Shown: piece by piece, positions 24,051 to 36,638 of the stretch
Position numbering within the stretch: position 1 is the first letter of the stretch
How the letters are laid out: every line of letters begins with the position of its first letter
Assembly: GCF_006345805.1 (NCBI RefSeq)
Contig: NC_043006.1
Location: 100,316,001 to 100,380,000 of the forward strand
DNA length: 64,000 nt
Direction of reading: 5' to 3'
Source of the DNA: Octopus sinensis
Lineage: Eukaryota
Translations under genes and position numbers: made by a program
The notes under the pieces: generated by a model
Databases searched by the model: none
The model's input: only the letters and a program-made list of their open reading frames with translations
What the model was told of the DNA's origin: nothing

Positions 24051-26026
24051 ATAATATTAATGACAATATAAATTTCAGAAGGGAATACAGTGTTATTTTA
24101 ATCATAAAAAAAACGACAAAAAGAAATAATCGAAAATTGAAATGACCTAGCAATCGACAGACTCTAAACAATGTTTAATGTTTAATTCATGCTACCTAGA
24201 ACATGCTAAAATAAATATGCTGTTCACTCGAACGCAATAAACTCCAAAGAATAAAAGACTCTAAGAGTGAAAGCTTGAATGGCTTTAATCGATAACAGAA
24301 TAGAACCTATCCGGCTAATAGACGTTGAAGAATTATGAAGATCACAAAATATTTCAAATACACCTAATATACTATCCTGCATTACAACACACAGACCAGG
24401 AAATTCAGAAACATAGAAATTATCCATTGAGACATGCAATTATTCAGTTAAGACGCAAGACAGGAAATGCCATCCTAAATGCACGAAATATCTAAAAACA
24501 AACGACATCCTAAATGGCTTAAATGTGTTCTTACCGGCGTCAAATTTCCCATTAAAACACAAGTCAAATAATTGAAGTGTGTGGATGCCCTAATTACAGA
24601 ACTTACATCAATGTTTTAGAAGACAGGTCATATTAATTTGAAATAAGACATATAAGAAAAAAAACACTTAACTTGTCGGCAGTGCCATTAAGAAAATCCA
24701 CGGAGGAAGGCATGTTTAAAGAGTGAAAGTGGCAGAAAATTAAGGAAAGAAAGAAAAGAAGGAGGAAGTTAGAAATGAGGTAACAATTGATAAAATTGAT
24801 TGGCAGTTTAATTGAGTGTGAGAGAGGTAGGAATGACAGCGTTGGTAATGTAAATTAAGGTATAACGTTCGAATTTTCACTTTATTGACGGAAATGTCAA
24901 CAATGTTAAGAAAATAGCAGTTGCGGTGGTTGTGTACTAAGAGCCAACTATGTATTGAATTTATTGCAAGTGTAAAATTGAAGGAGTAAGGCGTTGGTCG
25001 GTGCCATTGAAAATTAGAAAGGAACAAGGTAAGAAAATGTAAATAAAATAGTTGAAGGTTCTTCGCTGATATTAAATTCTGCTGTTTGAGGACCACCCTA
25101 AACCAGTAGGCCTATGCTTGAAAATGTTCTTTGTGATCGTCCTAAATCGGTGTATAAGAATAATTCTTAGAAAGTCCCCTCCTATTTCAAGACTGTAAGT
25201 TTAATTTGAGGAAGGTTATTCACAGCAATATCTAGCATGTCTCGCTACATAGGACCTCATCAATGACACTAACAACATTGACAGGTACAACTTCTAGCAA
25301 AGCTTTCCATTCAAACCCATTCTCCAGGTTTTAAAGATTACTGTCAAATTGCACCATTGTTGGGTCCACCACTGATACACATTCCTCCAACTCATATTCT
25401 ATGGATTGTTGTGTCTCAATTTTTAATTGTATTTTCCATCATTCTCCCTTTCATTGTACTTGAATACTCCACATATTGATACCTCCCAAAATGCTCCCTT
25501 CTATGCAGATAATATTCAGTTCCCTCCACGAATACTTAACGCATAAGGTCCCCTTACACACGAACATAGAAGACTAATTTACACAACATCAGACACATTG
25601 AAAGCATTCTCAAATGGACACATGAACCCAATTGGTTCACGGAAATTTATTCTCAACATTTTGTACGTCATTCTTTCAATAAAATTCTTTCAATAAAATT
25701 CTTCAATAAAATGCAATTAACGCCTTCATGGTTGCTACACATGTTAAACCTTACCAATACCTCACAAGCTTTAATCTTCTTTCCTTTACAATTGTAAACT
25801 TTCCTCTCCGTGTTACACATGTTCAATCTCAGCACAAACCGTATGAATCCCTTCAGTCTCTGACTATCAGTAAGCTTTAAGGTTACTTCCCCGCAATCCA
25901 AACTCCAGCATGATGTGGTTAACTGTACACTGTGAGATAATAATTGTATGACTTCTCAAAATATTTCAACGACAATCAGCAGCCAAACCATCCTCATCCT
26001 CATCGTCTTTCTCATGATCAACATCG

Positions 26027-26225
26027 TGGAGGTTCAATGGCCCAATGGTTAGGGCAGCGGACTCGCGGTCGAAGGATCACGGTTTCGATTCCCAGACCGG
26101 GCGTTGTGTGTTTATTGAGCGAAAACACCTAAAGCTCCACGAGGCTCTGGCAGGGGGCTGTGGCGACCCCTGTTGTACTCTTTCGCTCCAACTTTCTCTC
26201 ACTCCTTCCCGTTTCTTGTCCCCGA
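26027..26225 (+). mobile_element. SINE family C, 5' part with intact tRNA-like head
   Basis: A box TGGCCCAATGGTTAG, B box GGTTTCGATTCCC; body matches 21295-21425. Confidence 0.85.
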
Positions 26226-26229
26226 CTTC

Positions 26230-26302
26230 CTAGATTTCGGAGACGTAAACACTCCAACGTCAGTTGTCAAGAGATGATGGTGGTGGCGACAAACACACAC
26301 AA

Positions 26303-26342
<40 letters not shown>

Positions 26343-26501
26343 AAACACACACACACATATATATATATATATACGACGAGCTTCTTTCAGCTTCCATCTG
26401 CTAAATACGCTCACAGGTCTTTGGTCGGCGCGAGGCTATAGTAGAAGACACTTTCCCAACGTACCACGCAAGCTTCCTACCACACAGACACTTCTGCGCC
26501 T
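26230..26501 (-). mobile_element. SINE family B, partial
   Basis: Reverse match to 57184-57460 with internal (CA)n(TA)n. Confidence 0.8.
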
Positions 26502-27164
26502 GTCTCTTTATGTAACTGATTTTATAATTTTTCGCACCGATTATTGTGTGTAACACCAAATTTACGGAAGTGAATCATCACAAAAAAAAAAAAATGATCA
26601 GCATAGTTAAGATAGTCTTATAAAAAAATAAAAGAGTTCGTATTCTCTTTAAAAGAATCTGCTATGTCTAATTTTGGCGATTTTATACGATCAGATTAAT
26701 ATATAGTTGAAATATTCCTTAATTCTTACTGGTATTGACATTCAGTGAGATTTTGGTGAAATAAGACGCAATTTCCTTCATGGTATTTACTCACTTGTGG
26801 CATCGAATGTTTACAAGAATATGTTTGTTCAATGATTAAATTTATATTAAATTTATTTTGTTTCTTCTCGGTTGTTTTTAAATCATTTCATAGCATTTTA
26901 ATTAATGCTTTAAAGTTGAAAGTAATGTCTCGTGTTCGATGATTCTTCAGGCTGATATATAGATTATTGCATACAATTCTCTTCTATCAGAGAGCTTCGA
27001 TTTAGATATAACAAATCTATATTGGGTTTTCATTAAATTCTGGAAGATTATATTGGTTTTCTGTTCCATAATTTTATTCGAGATCTCATCTATAAAAATG
27101 GACTTTTTCTTCAAAAGATGACTTTATGAATGTTGCACTGGAATTCTTTATTTCTCAGTTTACT

Positions 27165-27204
27165 TGTGTATGTCTGTGTGTGTGTGTGTGTGTGAGGCAG
27201 AGAT

Positions 27205-27277
<73 letters not shown>
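27165..27277. repeat. (TG)n and (AG)n microsatellites
   Basis: Direct reading. Confidence 0.95.
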
Positions 27278-27280
<3 letters not shown>

Positions 27281-28439
27281 TATGCGCGTGTTATGTGTAT
27301 ATGTTTGTGTTGCAAAGAATATTCCGCTTTATCGCTTAGTGGAATATTCTGCTACTTTGAATCGCGCTCATCAGCAGAACGGAATCCCGACAGTCTCCTC
27401 CCACTCAGCAATCCGTATCAAGTAGTAATCATTGCACTTCATACTGTCTAATCTTTGGTAACATACAACTAAAACCCTTAAAGTTGTAACAAATTTCACG
27501 CCTCATTATTTCATTATATTATTAAATTATTCCGCAATATTTAAAATAAATAATGAGAAGTTCAAAATAAAATATCGTATTTTCATCTGTAACTGCCGAT
27601 ATAACATATCGAACGTTAATTCTAGTTTATAAGAAAGTTTGTGTTTAGATACAGCAAACCTATAATTTGGTTTCCGTTAAATTCTGGGAGATTATGCTGC
27701 TATTTTATTTTGTAATTTCTGGTTGCGCATTCATCTAACAAAAAAGGTTATTATTCAGAATTGATATTTATTTATCATTTTAGCTTCAGGAACCCACTTT
27801 GATTCTTATTTCATATTGTTTTGTTTTTGTTCTTTTTTTATTCAAACGTCACCGTTTCCCTATTTTATTGCATCTCCATCCCTTAAAATCGTAAATTTCC
27901 ACAGCTGATGGTAACAAATAAACATTTTATTCATTGATATAATTCTGAAAAAGCGGTATCAGTTAATTAATTGTATATACTGGAATAAATATTTTATTTC
28001 TTTTAAAAGTTTATTATCTTTCTAAGTCAAATCAACACAATATGATAAATATTGGCAATTCAATTAGATATCCAATGCACAGAGAGAGACTCTGTGTGTG
28101 TGTGTGTGTATGTGTGTGTGTGTGTGTGTGTATGTGTGCGTGTGTGTGTGCGTGTATGTGCATGTGTGTTTGAGAAAGAGACAGAGAAGGAGAGAAATAT
28201 GGTAAGAAAGGGAGAAGGAACCAACCGTGGTTCTAGGCTGCTCGTTTGTTTAAAGATCCTGAAACACAAAGATTAATTCGGTTGTCTGAGAAACTAGAGA
28301 CTCGCAACGAATACTGTAAAGCATACGTTCCCTAAGACTCACGGTTCTACTAATTTGTCGCCGTCGCTATGTCACTATATTCGTATTGTTTGTAATGGTG
28401 AGTACAGGTGCACAGTTGGCTAATATAGATACAGTTACT

Positions 28440-28590
28440 AAGGAGCACTACCTTGTGACTAGTGCGTCGGATTCACGACTGCATGGTCTTAGGGCTGGTT
28501 CCTGGACGGGGCGAGACAATGTACCTTTGGTGAAAGCTCTTCATTTCGCGTTGCTTTTAGCCTGTTCAGATGAAAATGAATACAAGTCAA
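28440..28590 (+). mobile_element. Highly degraded tRNA-derived SINE
   Basis: Head-like GTGACTAGTGCGTCGGATTCACGA..GGTTCCTGGAC followed by CTTCATTTCGCGTTGCT, similar to the family D core. Confidence 0.4.
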
Positions 28591-29801
28591 ACGCATAGAC
28601 TTTCTTCTCCCCACCGCCAGCTGTTACATTCTCGATATTCACCAGGGTCTGTGAGGAGGTATATGCTTACTCGTGACTATATAGACATCTAAGCCAATTA
28701 GTGAACCATGGTACTTGGCACCGAATCATACACAAATGCGAATGACGTCTACCCTTTTATGATTTTGTCCATAGATAACGCAAAATAACCTTCCACCACT
28801 TGACTTACCTACCTGCAAGTCAATAACATAACGATGTAGATTTGACGGCTATAAGCAATTTTTACACTGTAAAATTTAAGAATGTTTCACTACTATGGTA
28901 ACCTGAATTTTCTAACTTTTCTACATTTGATCACGTGTTCGTATTTACTGAAATTTTAGTAGGTTTTTTTTTGTCTTTTTTGTTTTATGTTTGTACAGTA
29001 GACATACTGCGACCTTCGGGCTAAAACATTTTAAGGATTTATACTATCTGAGTGTTAGTTTTATTTCATCTATAACGTCATTTGAGAGAGATTTAGTTTC
29101 TATTTCTGGAAAGCTGTGCGACTACTTTGAGGCTATCACAATAGATCCAGATTGTCATTACGATTACTGAGCGAGTCCTGTGTAATTCTCTTCTTGCTAA
29201 GCTTACCACTATTCGTCTATTGGAACGTTGCTGTCAGATCGCACCATCGCTTCCTCTGCTAATGGATCTCTTTGAACCACAATCTATTAAATCTATTGAA
29301 TCTGGAATGCCTTCAATTTTGTTTGTGTTCCGAAACGCTCCTTATCGTCGTGCTTTAGTGATCAGCTTGTTATATTTATTAATGCTCATTGATTTGCAGA
29401 TTACTCGTTCTTAACTTGGCGCAGATGGACCTCATCTATATGCAACATAGACACATCAAGTCAAATGTACATGACATCCATAAAGAGATACATCGAATAC
29501 ATCTCCAAGAAGGAATATGATATATTCTCTTTAAACACCTCGATGGCGTCTTGACTGTCTCCACTTTTTCAACAGCTCATATCAAAAGGACATTGTGCAT
29601 CACCCTTTCTACCCTTTGATAACATACTATTAAAACACTCAGACTTGCCGCACGGTATCACGGAATGAGTCCTCATGGAAGAGCATAGCTAAAACATAGC
29701 TAAAACTGGGTCTTCGGGGTCCAAGTCTAATTCATTTCTCACAAACTCCTGATCTTTTTCGAAGCTAGTAAGAGTCACAATTACTAAATGCTGTTATATT
29801 T

Positions 29802-30057
29802 TTTTATCTTTTATCTTTTACTTGTTTTAGGAATTAGACTGCAACCATATTTGGGCACCACCTTTAAGAATTTTTAGTCGAATGAATCGAGCCCAGTACA
29901 GCTTTTAAGCCTGGTACTTATTCTATCGAGCTCTGTTTTGCCGAAACAGTAATTACGAGGACGTAAACATACCAGCACCGTCTGTCAATCGGTTGTGGCG
30001 GACAAACACACACACGCACACATACACACACACAAACGCACACACACACACACACAC

Positions 30058-30130
<73 letters not shown>

Positions 30131-30136
30131 CTTACA

Positions 30137-30207
<71 letters not shown>

Positions 30208-30217
30208 ATATATATAT

Positions 30218-30289
<72 letters not shown>

Positions 30290-30472
30290 TATAGATAGAT
30301 AGATAGATAGATACGGCGAGCTTAAGTTTCAGTCGGCCAAATCCACTAGCAAGGCTTTGACCAACCCGACACTGTAGTAGAAGACACTCATCCAAGATGC
30401 CGTGACGCTGGATTGAAACGGAACCATGTGGTTGTGAAACCAGTTTCTTACCATAGAGCCACACCTGCGTCT
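29802..30472 (-). mobile_element. SINE family B with expanded internal microsatellite
   Basis: Tail, core and head all match 57184-57600 in reverse; centre expanded to (CA)(TA)(CTAT)n(ATAG)n. Confidence 0.85.
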
Positions 30473-30529
30473 ATGTAGAACAATTCTTTTTCATCATCAT
30501 CTCATTACTATTATTGCTATTGTTGTTGT

Positions 30530-30860
30530 TGATTTCGAGGTTGTTGCCCTTGTTATTCTCTTGGTCTTCCACACTCTCCTCAGGTCTCCGGCTACAACCT
30601 GGCATTTCTCATCTTTTTCAATTTCTTTAGTATCGGATCTGTTATCATAGCGCACTTCAAAATCTATGATCTTACACATTTTGTCTATTTTTGCCTGCTT
30701 ATAATCATATCAGGTCTTTTTGCTTCAATAATATGATAAATCTTTATGAGGTAATGCCACAAGATCCTGTAATTCAGTTTCTATGATAGACTCTTGTTCG
30801 TGATCCTAACACTTTTCTGATAGTTGAAGCTACACACTCAGCTAACATATCATTGCACTC
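30530..30860 (-). mobile_element. R4/Dong LINE endonuclease fragment
   Basis: CKIIDFEVRYDNRSDTKEIEKDEKCQVVAGDLRRVWK, preceded by RPD-like sequence. Confidence 0.7.
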
Positions 30861-30882
30861 TTTCACCTACATAGTGATACCT

Positions 30883-30946
<64 letters not shown>

Positions 30947-30950
<4 letters not shown>

Positions 30951-31122
30951 CTGTCTTCCCTTCTGTGGATCTTTCCTTCTCCTATGTTTTCGACGAAGAG
31001 CTCCGCTCGAAATATTAAACACTCCTTCTTTCCTTCTTTCCTGAGCGTCCAATAATACTATATTTGTTCTACGTCCTCGCGTTGTTGTGTTTTTTTTTTT
31101 GTGCTTTCTTGTTTGGATTAAC
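30947..31122 (+). mobile_element. Penelope-like short repeat with degenerate hammerhead core (copy 2 at 32073-32245)
   Basis: GTTTTCGACGAAGAGCTCCGCTCGAAAT resembles CTGANGA-GAGC-loop-GCTC-GAAAC; related element at 59060-59245. Confidence 0.5.
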
Positions 31123-31153
<31 letters not shown>

Positions 31154-31171
31154 TATATAATATTATATATA

Positions 31172-31205
<34 letters not shown>

Positions 31206-31206
31206 T

Positions 31207-31546
31207 CGGAGACCCTCTTCGGTCACGACACAGACCATGGGATTGCACCTAGAAAGTTACCCTCCTAGACACAAGTCCGGGTGAGGTTGTTTATGGAAGA
31301 CCACCAGTCGCCCATGCATACCGGTCTCCCCTCTCCACGCCACCAGTGTTATCCAAGGGAAAGACAAAGGTCGATACAGCTTGGCACCAGTGACGTTGCA
31401 ACTCATTTCTACAGCTGAGTGAACTGGAGCAACGTGAAACAAAGTGCCTTGCTCAAGAACACAACACGCAGCCCGGTCCGGGATTCGAGCACACAACCTC
31501 ACGATCGTAAGCTCGACGCTCTAACCACTGAGCCATGCGCCTTCAC
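31207..31546 (-). mobile_element. SINE family D, full length
   Basis: Minus-strand head GTGAAGGCGCATGGCTCAGTGGTTAGAGCG...CTCGAATCCC, then CTTGAGCAAGGCACTT core; inserted in (TA)n. Confidence 0.9.
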
Positions 31547-31558
31547 ATATATATATAT

Positions 31559-31865
31559 ATATTACATTATATAAAAGGGCTTAGTAAAATAAATTACTTT
31601 GCCACATACTGAACTCATTAGAAATAGCAGCTAAAAAAATTGTTTTAGCTATTTCTAATACTTAAAGAAAATCTCTCTCAGATAGTGTTTGCTCAAACCA
31701 ACTCACGAAGGTATGGGGGTAAAAACATTAAAAAATCACAAGTGCAAAGGTTATTTGAGAACGTATTAGAAATAGCTAAACAAATTTTTTTAGCTGCTAT
31801 TTCTAATGAGTTCAGTATGTGGCAAAGTAATTTATTTTACTAAGCCCTTTTATATAATGTAATAT
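31559..31865. repeat. Long inverted repeat, ~103-bp near-perfect arms with ~100-bp spacer (copy 2 at 32637-32943)
   Basis: 31559-31661 is the reverse complement of 31763-31865 with few mismatches. Confidence 0.95.
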
Positions 31866-31954
31866 TTTGAATTCGCCTTAAATGGTCCCTTTACATACTG
31901 AATACTTGGTGAAATTGATTAATAATTAATTAATTTTACCCTCAATTGTTGAAA

Positions 31955-32011
<57 letters not shown>

Positions 32012-32034
32012 ATATATATAATATATATATATAA

Positions 32035-32076
<42 letters not shown>

Positions 32077-32248
32077 CTGTCTTCCCTTCTGTGGATCTTT
32101 CCTTCTCCTATGTTTTCGACGAAGAGCTCCGCTCGAAATATTAAACACTCCTTCTTTCCTTCTTTCCTGAGCGTCCAATAATACTATATTTGTTCTACGT
32201 CCTCGCGTTGTTGTGTTTTTTTTGTGCTTTCTTGTTTGGATTAACTAT

Positions 32249-32285
<37 letters not shown>

Positions 32286-32286
32286 T

Positions 32287-32624
32287 CGGAGACCCTCTTC
32301 GGTCACGACACAGACCATGGGATTGCACCTAGAAAGTTACCCTCCTAGACACAAGTCCGGGTGAGGTTGTTTATGGAAGACCACCAGTCGCCCATGCATA
32401 CCGGTCTCCCCTCTCCACGCCACCAGTGTTATCCAAGGGAAGACAAAGGTCGATACAGCTTGGCACCAGTGACGTTGCAACTCATTCTACAGCTGAGTGA
32501 ACTGGAGCAACGTGAAACAAAGTGCCTTGCTCAAGAACACAACACGCAGCCCGGTCCGGGATTCGAGCACACAACCTCACGATCGTAAGCTCGACGCTCT
32601 AACCACTGAGCCATGCGCCTTCAC
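32287..32624 (-). mobile_element. SINE family D, duplicate copy
   Basis: Same as 31207-31546 apart from two 1-bp deletions. Confidence 0.9.
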
Positions 32625-33033
32625 ATATATATATATATATTACATTATATAAAAGGGCTTAGTAAAATAAATTACTTTGCCACATACTGAACTCATTAGA
32701 AATAGCAGCTAAAAAAATTGTTTTAGCTATTTCTAATACTTAAAGAAAATCTCTCTCAGATAGTGTTTGCTCAAACCAACTCACGAAGGTATGGGGGTAA
32801 AAACATTAAAAAATCACAAGTGCAAAGGTTATTTGAGAACGTATTAGAAATAGCTAAACAAATTTTTTTAGCTGCTATTTCTAATGAGTTCAGTATGTGG
32901 CAAAGTAATTTATTTTACTAAGCCCTTTTATATAATGTAATATTTTGAATTCGCCTTAAATGGTCCCTTTACATACTGAATACTTGGTGAAATTGATTAA
33001 TAATTAATTAATTTTACCCTCAATTGTTGAAAG

Positions 33034-33068
<35 letters not shown>

Positions 33069-33227
33069 ATATTATATATATATTATATATATATATATAA
33101 TATATATATATATAAATAGATGAGTGTATTTTTACCTTGTTAACAATTAACACGGAAAAATAAATAAATAGTTACATGTGTCGAAAGTAAAAATACTTGT
33201 TTAAACCTGCGTTAACTCCATTTTTTA

Positions 33228-33292
<65 letters not shown>

Positions 33293-33299
33293 ATTTGAG

Positions 33300-34745
33300 C
33301 TAATATTCTGTATTCACACAATAGATGGTTCGTACTTTCGTTTCTTTTCTGACTGATTTTACATTTGCTGACTGAGTTTTGTTGATTCTGACCTTTTATC
33401 AGATTTCCCGTAATGGCTTGTTCCTGACCGGTTATAATTACAGTTTGGGTCTTTCGTTTCAGGCTTCCGCATAAATTAGCTATGTAATTTCAATTCTTTC
33501 TATTTGTCTTTTGAATTGTTTTTCCTTCTCTCTTTGTATTCTCCTACTGCCTCAATAATTCTGGGTGGCAACTCTAGTTACCGTTAGTATTATTTCTTTA
33601 ATTTGCATAACATATTTTTTCAATCCAAATATCACACTACTAACGGTATCTTCTGCGTTTAGTAATCCTCTCACTGATCCCATCGTGATTTGGTAAAAAG
33701 AGTTTGTCAGTATTACTTTTAGAATGGTGTGCGTTGTGCATTGTGAGCAGCTCTCTAGTTCTTCTATTCAAGTTCTGTAGTTCGGTCTTTCAGAAAGTGA
33801 CCAGAAAGGAAACCCAAGCTATTCGCCTTAGTGATATTGCGTCCATTAAATTTTGCTTCGAATATCTACATAATTCTTCCTTTCTATTTAGATATTTTCT
33901 CTCTTAATTCTTCTTCTATTATTCTATCGTCTTGTAGCACCCCTATGTCTTTGTATCCTTTTATTCCACAGCGATCTAATGATATTGCCTAGTGGTTCTT
34001 TTATGACATCAAAATTTATATTCCGGCTTCTCTTCGAAATTAGTAACATGCACTTATTTACCGCAAACTATATTCCAATATCTTTACTAAATATTCTGAC
34101 TGTTTAGATCAAAGACTCCAGGAGTTTTTCATTTTTTGTATATAGCTTTAAATCATCCATATAAAGCACCTTGGGTTTGGTAAACTCGTGGGCAAGTCTG
34201 GATTGTTATTGTTCATGGTGTGCACAAATGTTTTACAAACTGAATCACTGTCCTCGATAACGGGTCAAAACCAGTTTCCTTCGATACTGAAGACTTCTCT
34301 TATAATCCTTGCTATTCCCAATAGGGGAGACTTTTGAATTAATGCCACTCTTGTAGTTACAACAACTTTAACAAGGACCACAATTAGATCTGTTGGTGAC
34401 AGTACCTAGGGCACCTATGATAACTGGGATTACTTTTGTAGAAAACCTAAACCTCCACAGTCGTATTTCGCTCGCCATGTCCTAGTATTTTCCTATTTTC
34501 TGCTGTTCTCTGGCCCCCTAAGTTCATGCTCGCAGACATAGCCATATCTCTGATGATGCACCCTGTTTTCCCCTGTCCAAAACGATAATATCTGGTTGCT
34601 TTGCATGGAGCTCATAATAAGTCGGTATATTTAAATCTCGTAATAGCGTATACTGGTCGTTCTCTATTACACTTTTCGGTTGATGTTGAACCTCTTAGCG
34701 CTTTTGCCACACAGTCATTTGTTACTGCTTTTATATTCTTTCTGT
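33300..34745 (-). mobile_element. R4/Dong-type LINE, degraded RT region
   Basis: Minus strand reads LYMDDLKLY at ~34141-34166; upstream YRPVYAI-like and downstream YKDIGVLQ-like motifs. Confidence 0.75.
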
Positions 34746-34776
34746 ACCAAATGACTATAGGAATGTTATGTGCATA

Positions 34777-34794
34777 ACTACTACTACTACTACT

Positions 34795-34849
<55 letters not shown>

Positions 34850-35208
34850 CACCACTACCACCACCACCACCACCACCACTACCACCACTACCACACCACC
34901 ACCACCACCACTACCACCACCACTACTTCCACCACCACCACCACTACCACAACCACCACCACCACTACCACCACCACCACCACCACCACTACCACCACTA
35001 CCACCACTACCACCACCACCACCACCACCACCACCACTACCACCACTACCACCACCACCACCACCACCACTACCACCACCACTACTTCCACCACCACCAC
35101 CACTACCACAACCATCACCACCGCCACTACTACTACTACCACCACCACCACCACCACTGCCACCACCACCACCACCACCACTAACACCACCACCACCACC
35201 ACCACAAA

Positions 35209-35244
<36 letters not shown>

Positions 35245-35277
35245 AGCTGCTGCTGCTGCTACTGCTGCTGCTGCTAA
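34777..35277. repeat. (CTA)n(CCA)n(CTA)n(CTG)n trinucleotide array, ~500 bp
   Basis: Direct reading; source of poly-P/H/T/G/V ORFs. Confidence 0.95.
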
Positions 35278-35865
35278 GTGAGAAAGCAGTGCATGCCATT
35301 AAAGTGACACTGGAGTAAAATGAAGCCTAGTAAACAAATCATGAGTACCCATCTGATAAGGGTACACAAGGGTACACCAGACACCCACCTCCATATCCCA
35401 TCCCAACTATTCATTATGACAACTTACGACCACACACATATTTGTCAACGTACCAAACGATCGGCACGTTGGTCAGGTTATTGGGCCCCATCAACCATAG
35501 AGCTCTTATATAGCACTTCCAGACTTCCAGCTTTTCGCCCCAACGAAGAACAGTCTTCGGAGACTATGATTTAATTATTTAGACAAGGGTGAAATTGCTG
35601 TAAAAATGAGGGTAGAACAGTCCGCATCTGAAACAAGGTTCAGCAAAGGCGCTAATACATCATTCGTGAAGGCGACAGTACTGCATTGTGGCTTTGTATA
35701 CTCCATCAAAATCTGCAGCTGTACAAACTTCATTTGTGTATGAGACTGTCTCACACAAACATATATATGTGGTACTTATATATGTTTGTGTGAGAGCGTA
35801 TGTATGATTGCGTGAGCGTGTGTGTGCGCGTGTGCGTATATATACATATATATAATATATATATA

Positions 35866-35964
<99 letters not shown>

Positions 35965-36638
35965 CGTATATATATATCAGTGTGCGTGTGGTTTTGTATG
36001 TGCCTGAGTGTATGCGAGTTTATATCATATGACATTTTAAAGTATTTACTATCTTTGAGCTTAATCTCTTTTGTGAAAGATATTTTATGAGTATTTTCTT
36101 ATTAATCATTTATAGTTAGCTTAGAACAAATCTCTGCTAAGTTCATTGATTCATTAACGTTTCAAGATATTTTTGGTCTCATTATCTCTATAATATAATA
36201 GTTGTACTGGCGTTTAATTCGCCAGCTTTACAGAAGATCGTCGAGAATCATGAGATTGATGTCATAACAGATAACATTGGCAAGACTGGATTTGAAATTA
36301 TTCAATGATAAATCGAATTAGATGTCATGATTTCTTTTATGTGAGATGTATTTGTATCGTGATGTTTGGGTTTCTTTTTCTGTAACATTTTCATAGTTAT
36401 TCTTCTTAAGGAAAGGTTTATTTTGGGATGGAAGTTGTAAATAAATTTTTTGGTTAACTTGGTCCCTTTGATTCTGTGCTAGATATTCATGTAAAGGAAG
36501 GAACTGAGCTATCAACTGAATAGCATTTAGGTGTCTGCAACCTGAGAGTGTCTAAGGTTATAAGATAAAATGGGAAGTTATGATTGATGATAGGATCGGA
36601 AACAAATATTTGGACACTATTGCATCCGAACTGAAATA

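Larger units (their letters stand above)
30947..33033. repeat. Near-identical tandem duplication (30947-31955 and 32073-33033) with junctions in (TA)n tracts
   Basis: Both copies contain the same three modules; visible differences are limited to TA-tract lengths and small homopolymer indels. Confidence 0.95.

Noticed and set aside
24200-25900. Possible degraded LINE coding remnants
   Set aside because: Only faint motif similarity was visible, too little to assign a family or boundaries.
26027-26100. tRNA gene
   Set aside because: A/B boxes are present but continue into a SINE body shared with 21282; the same applies to the other SINE heads.
29180-29750. Possible RTE 3' remnant on the minus strand (RKRWCDL-like)
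   Set aside because: A single short motif is not enough evidence.
34768-35318. Extensin-like poly-Pro, poly-His and poly-Gly ORFs
   Set aside because: Several frames on both strands are open only because of the CCA/CTA repeat.
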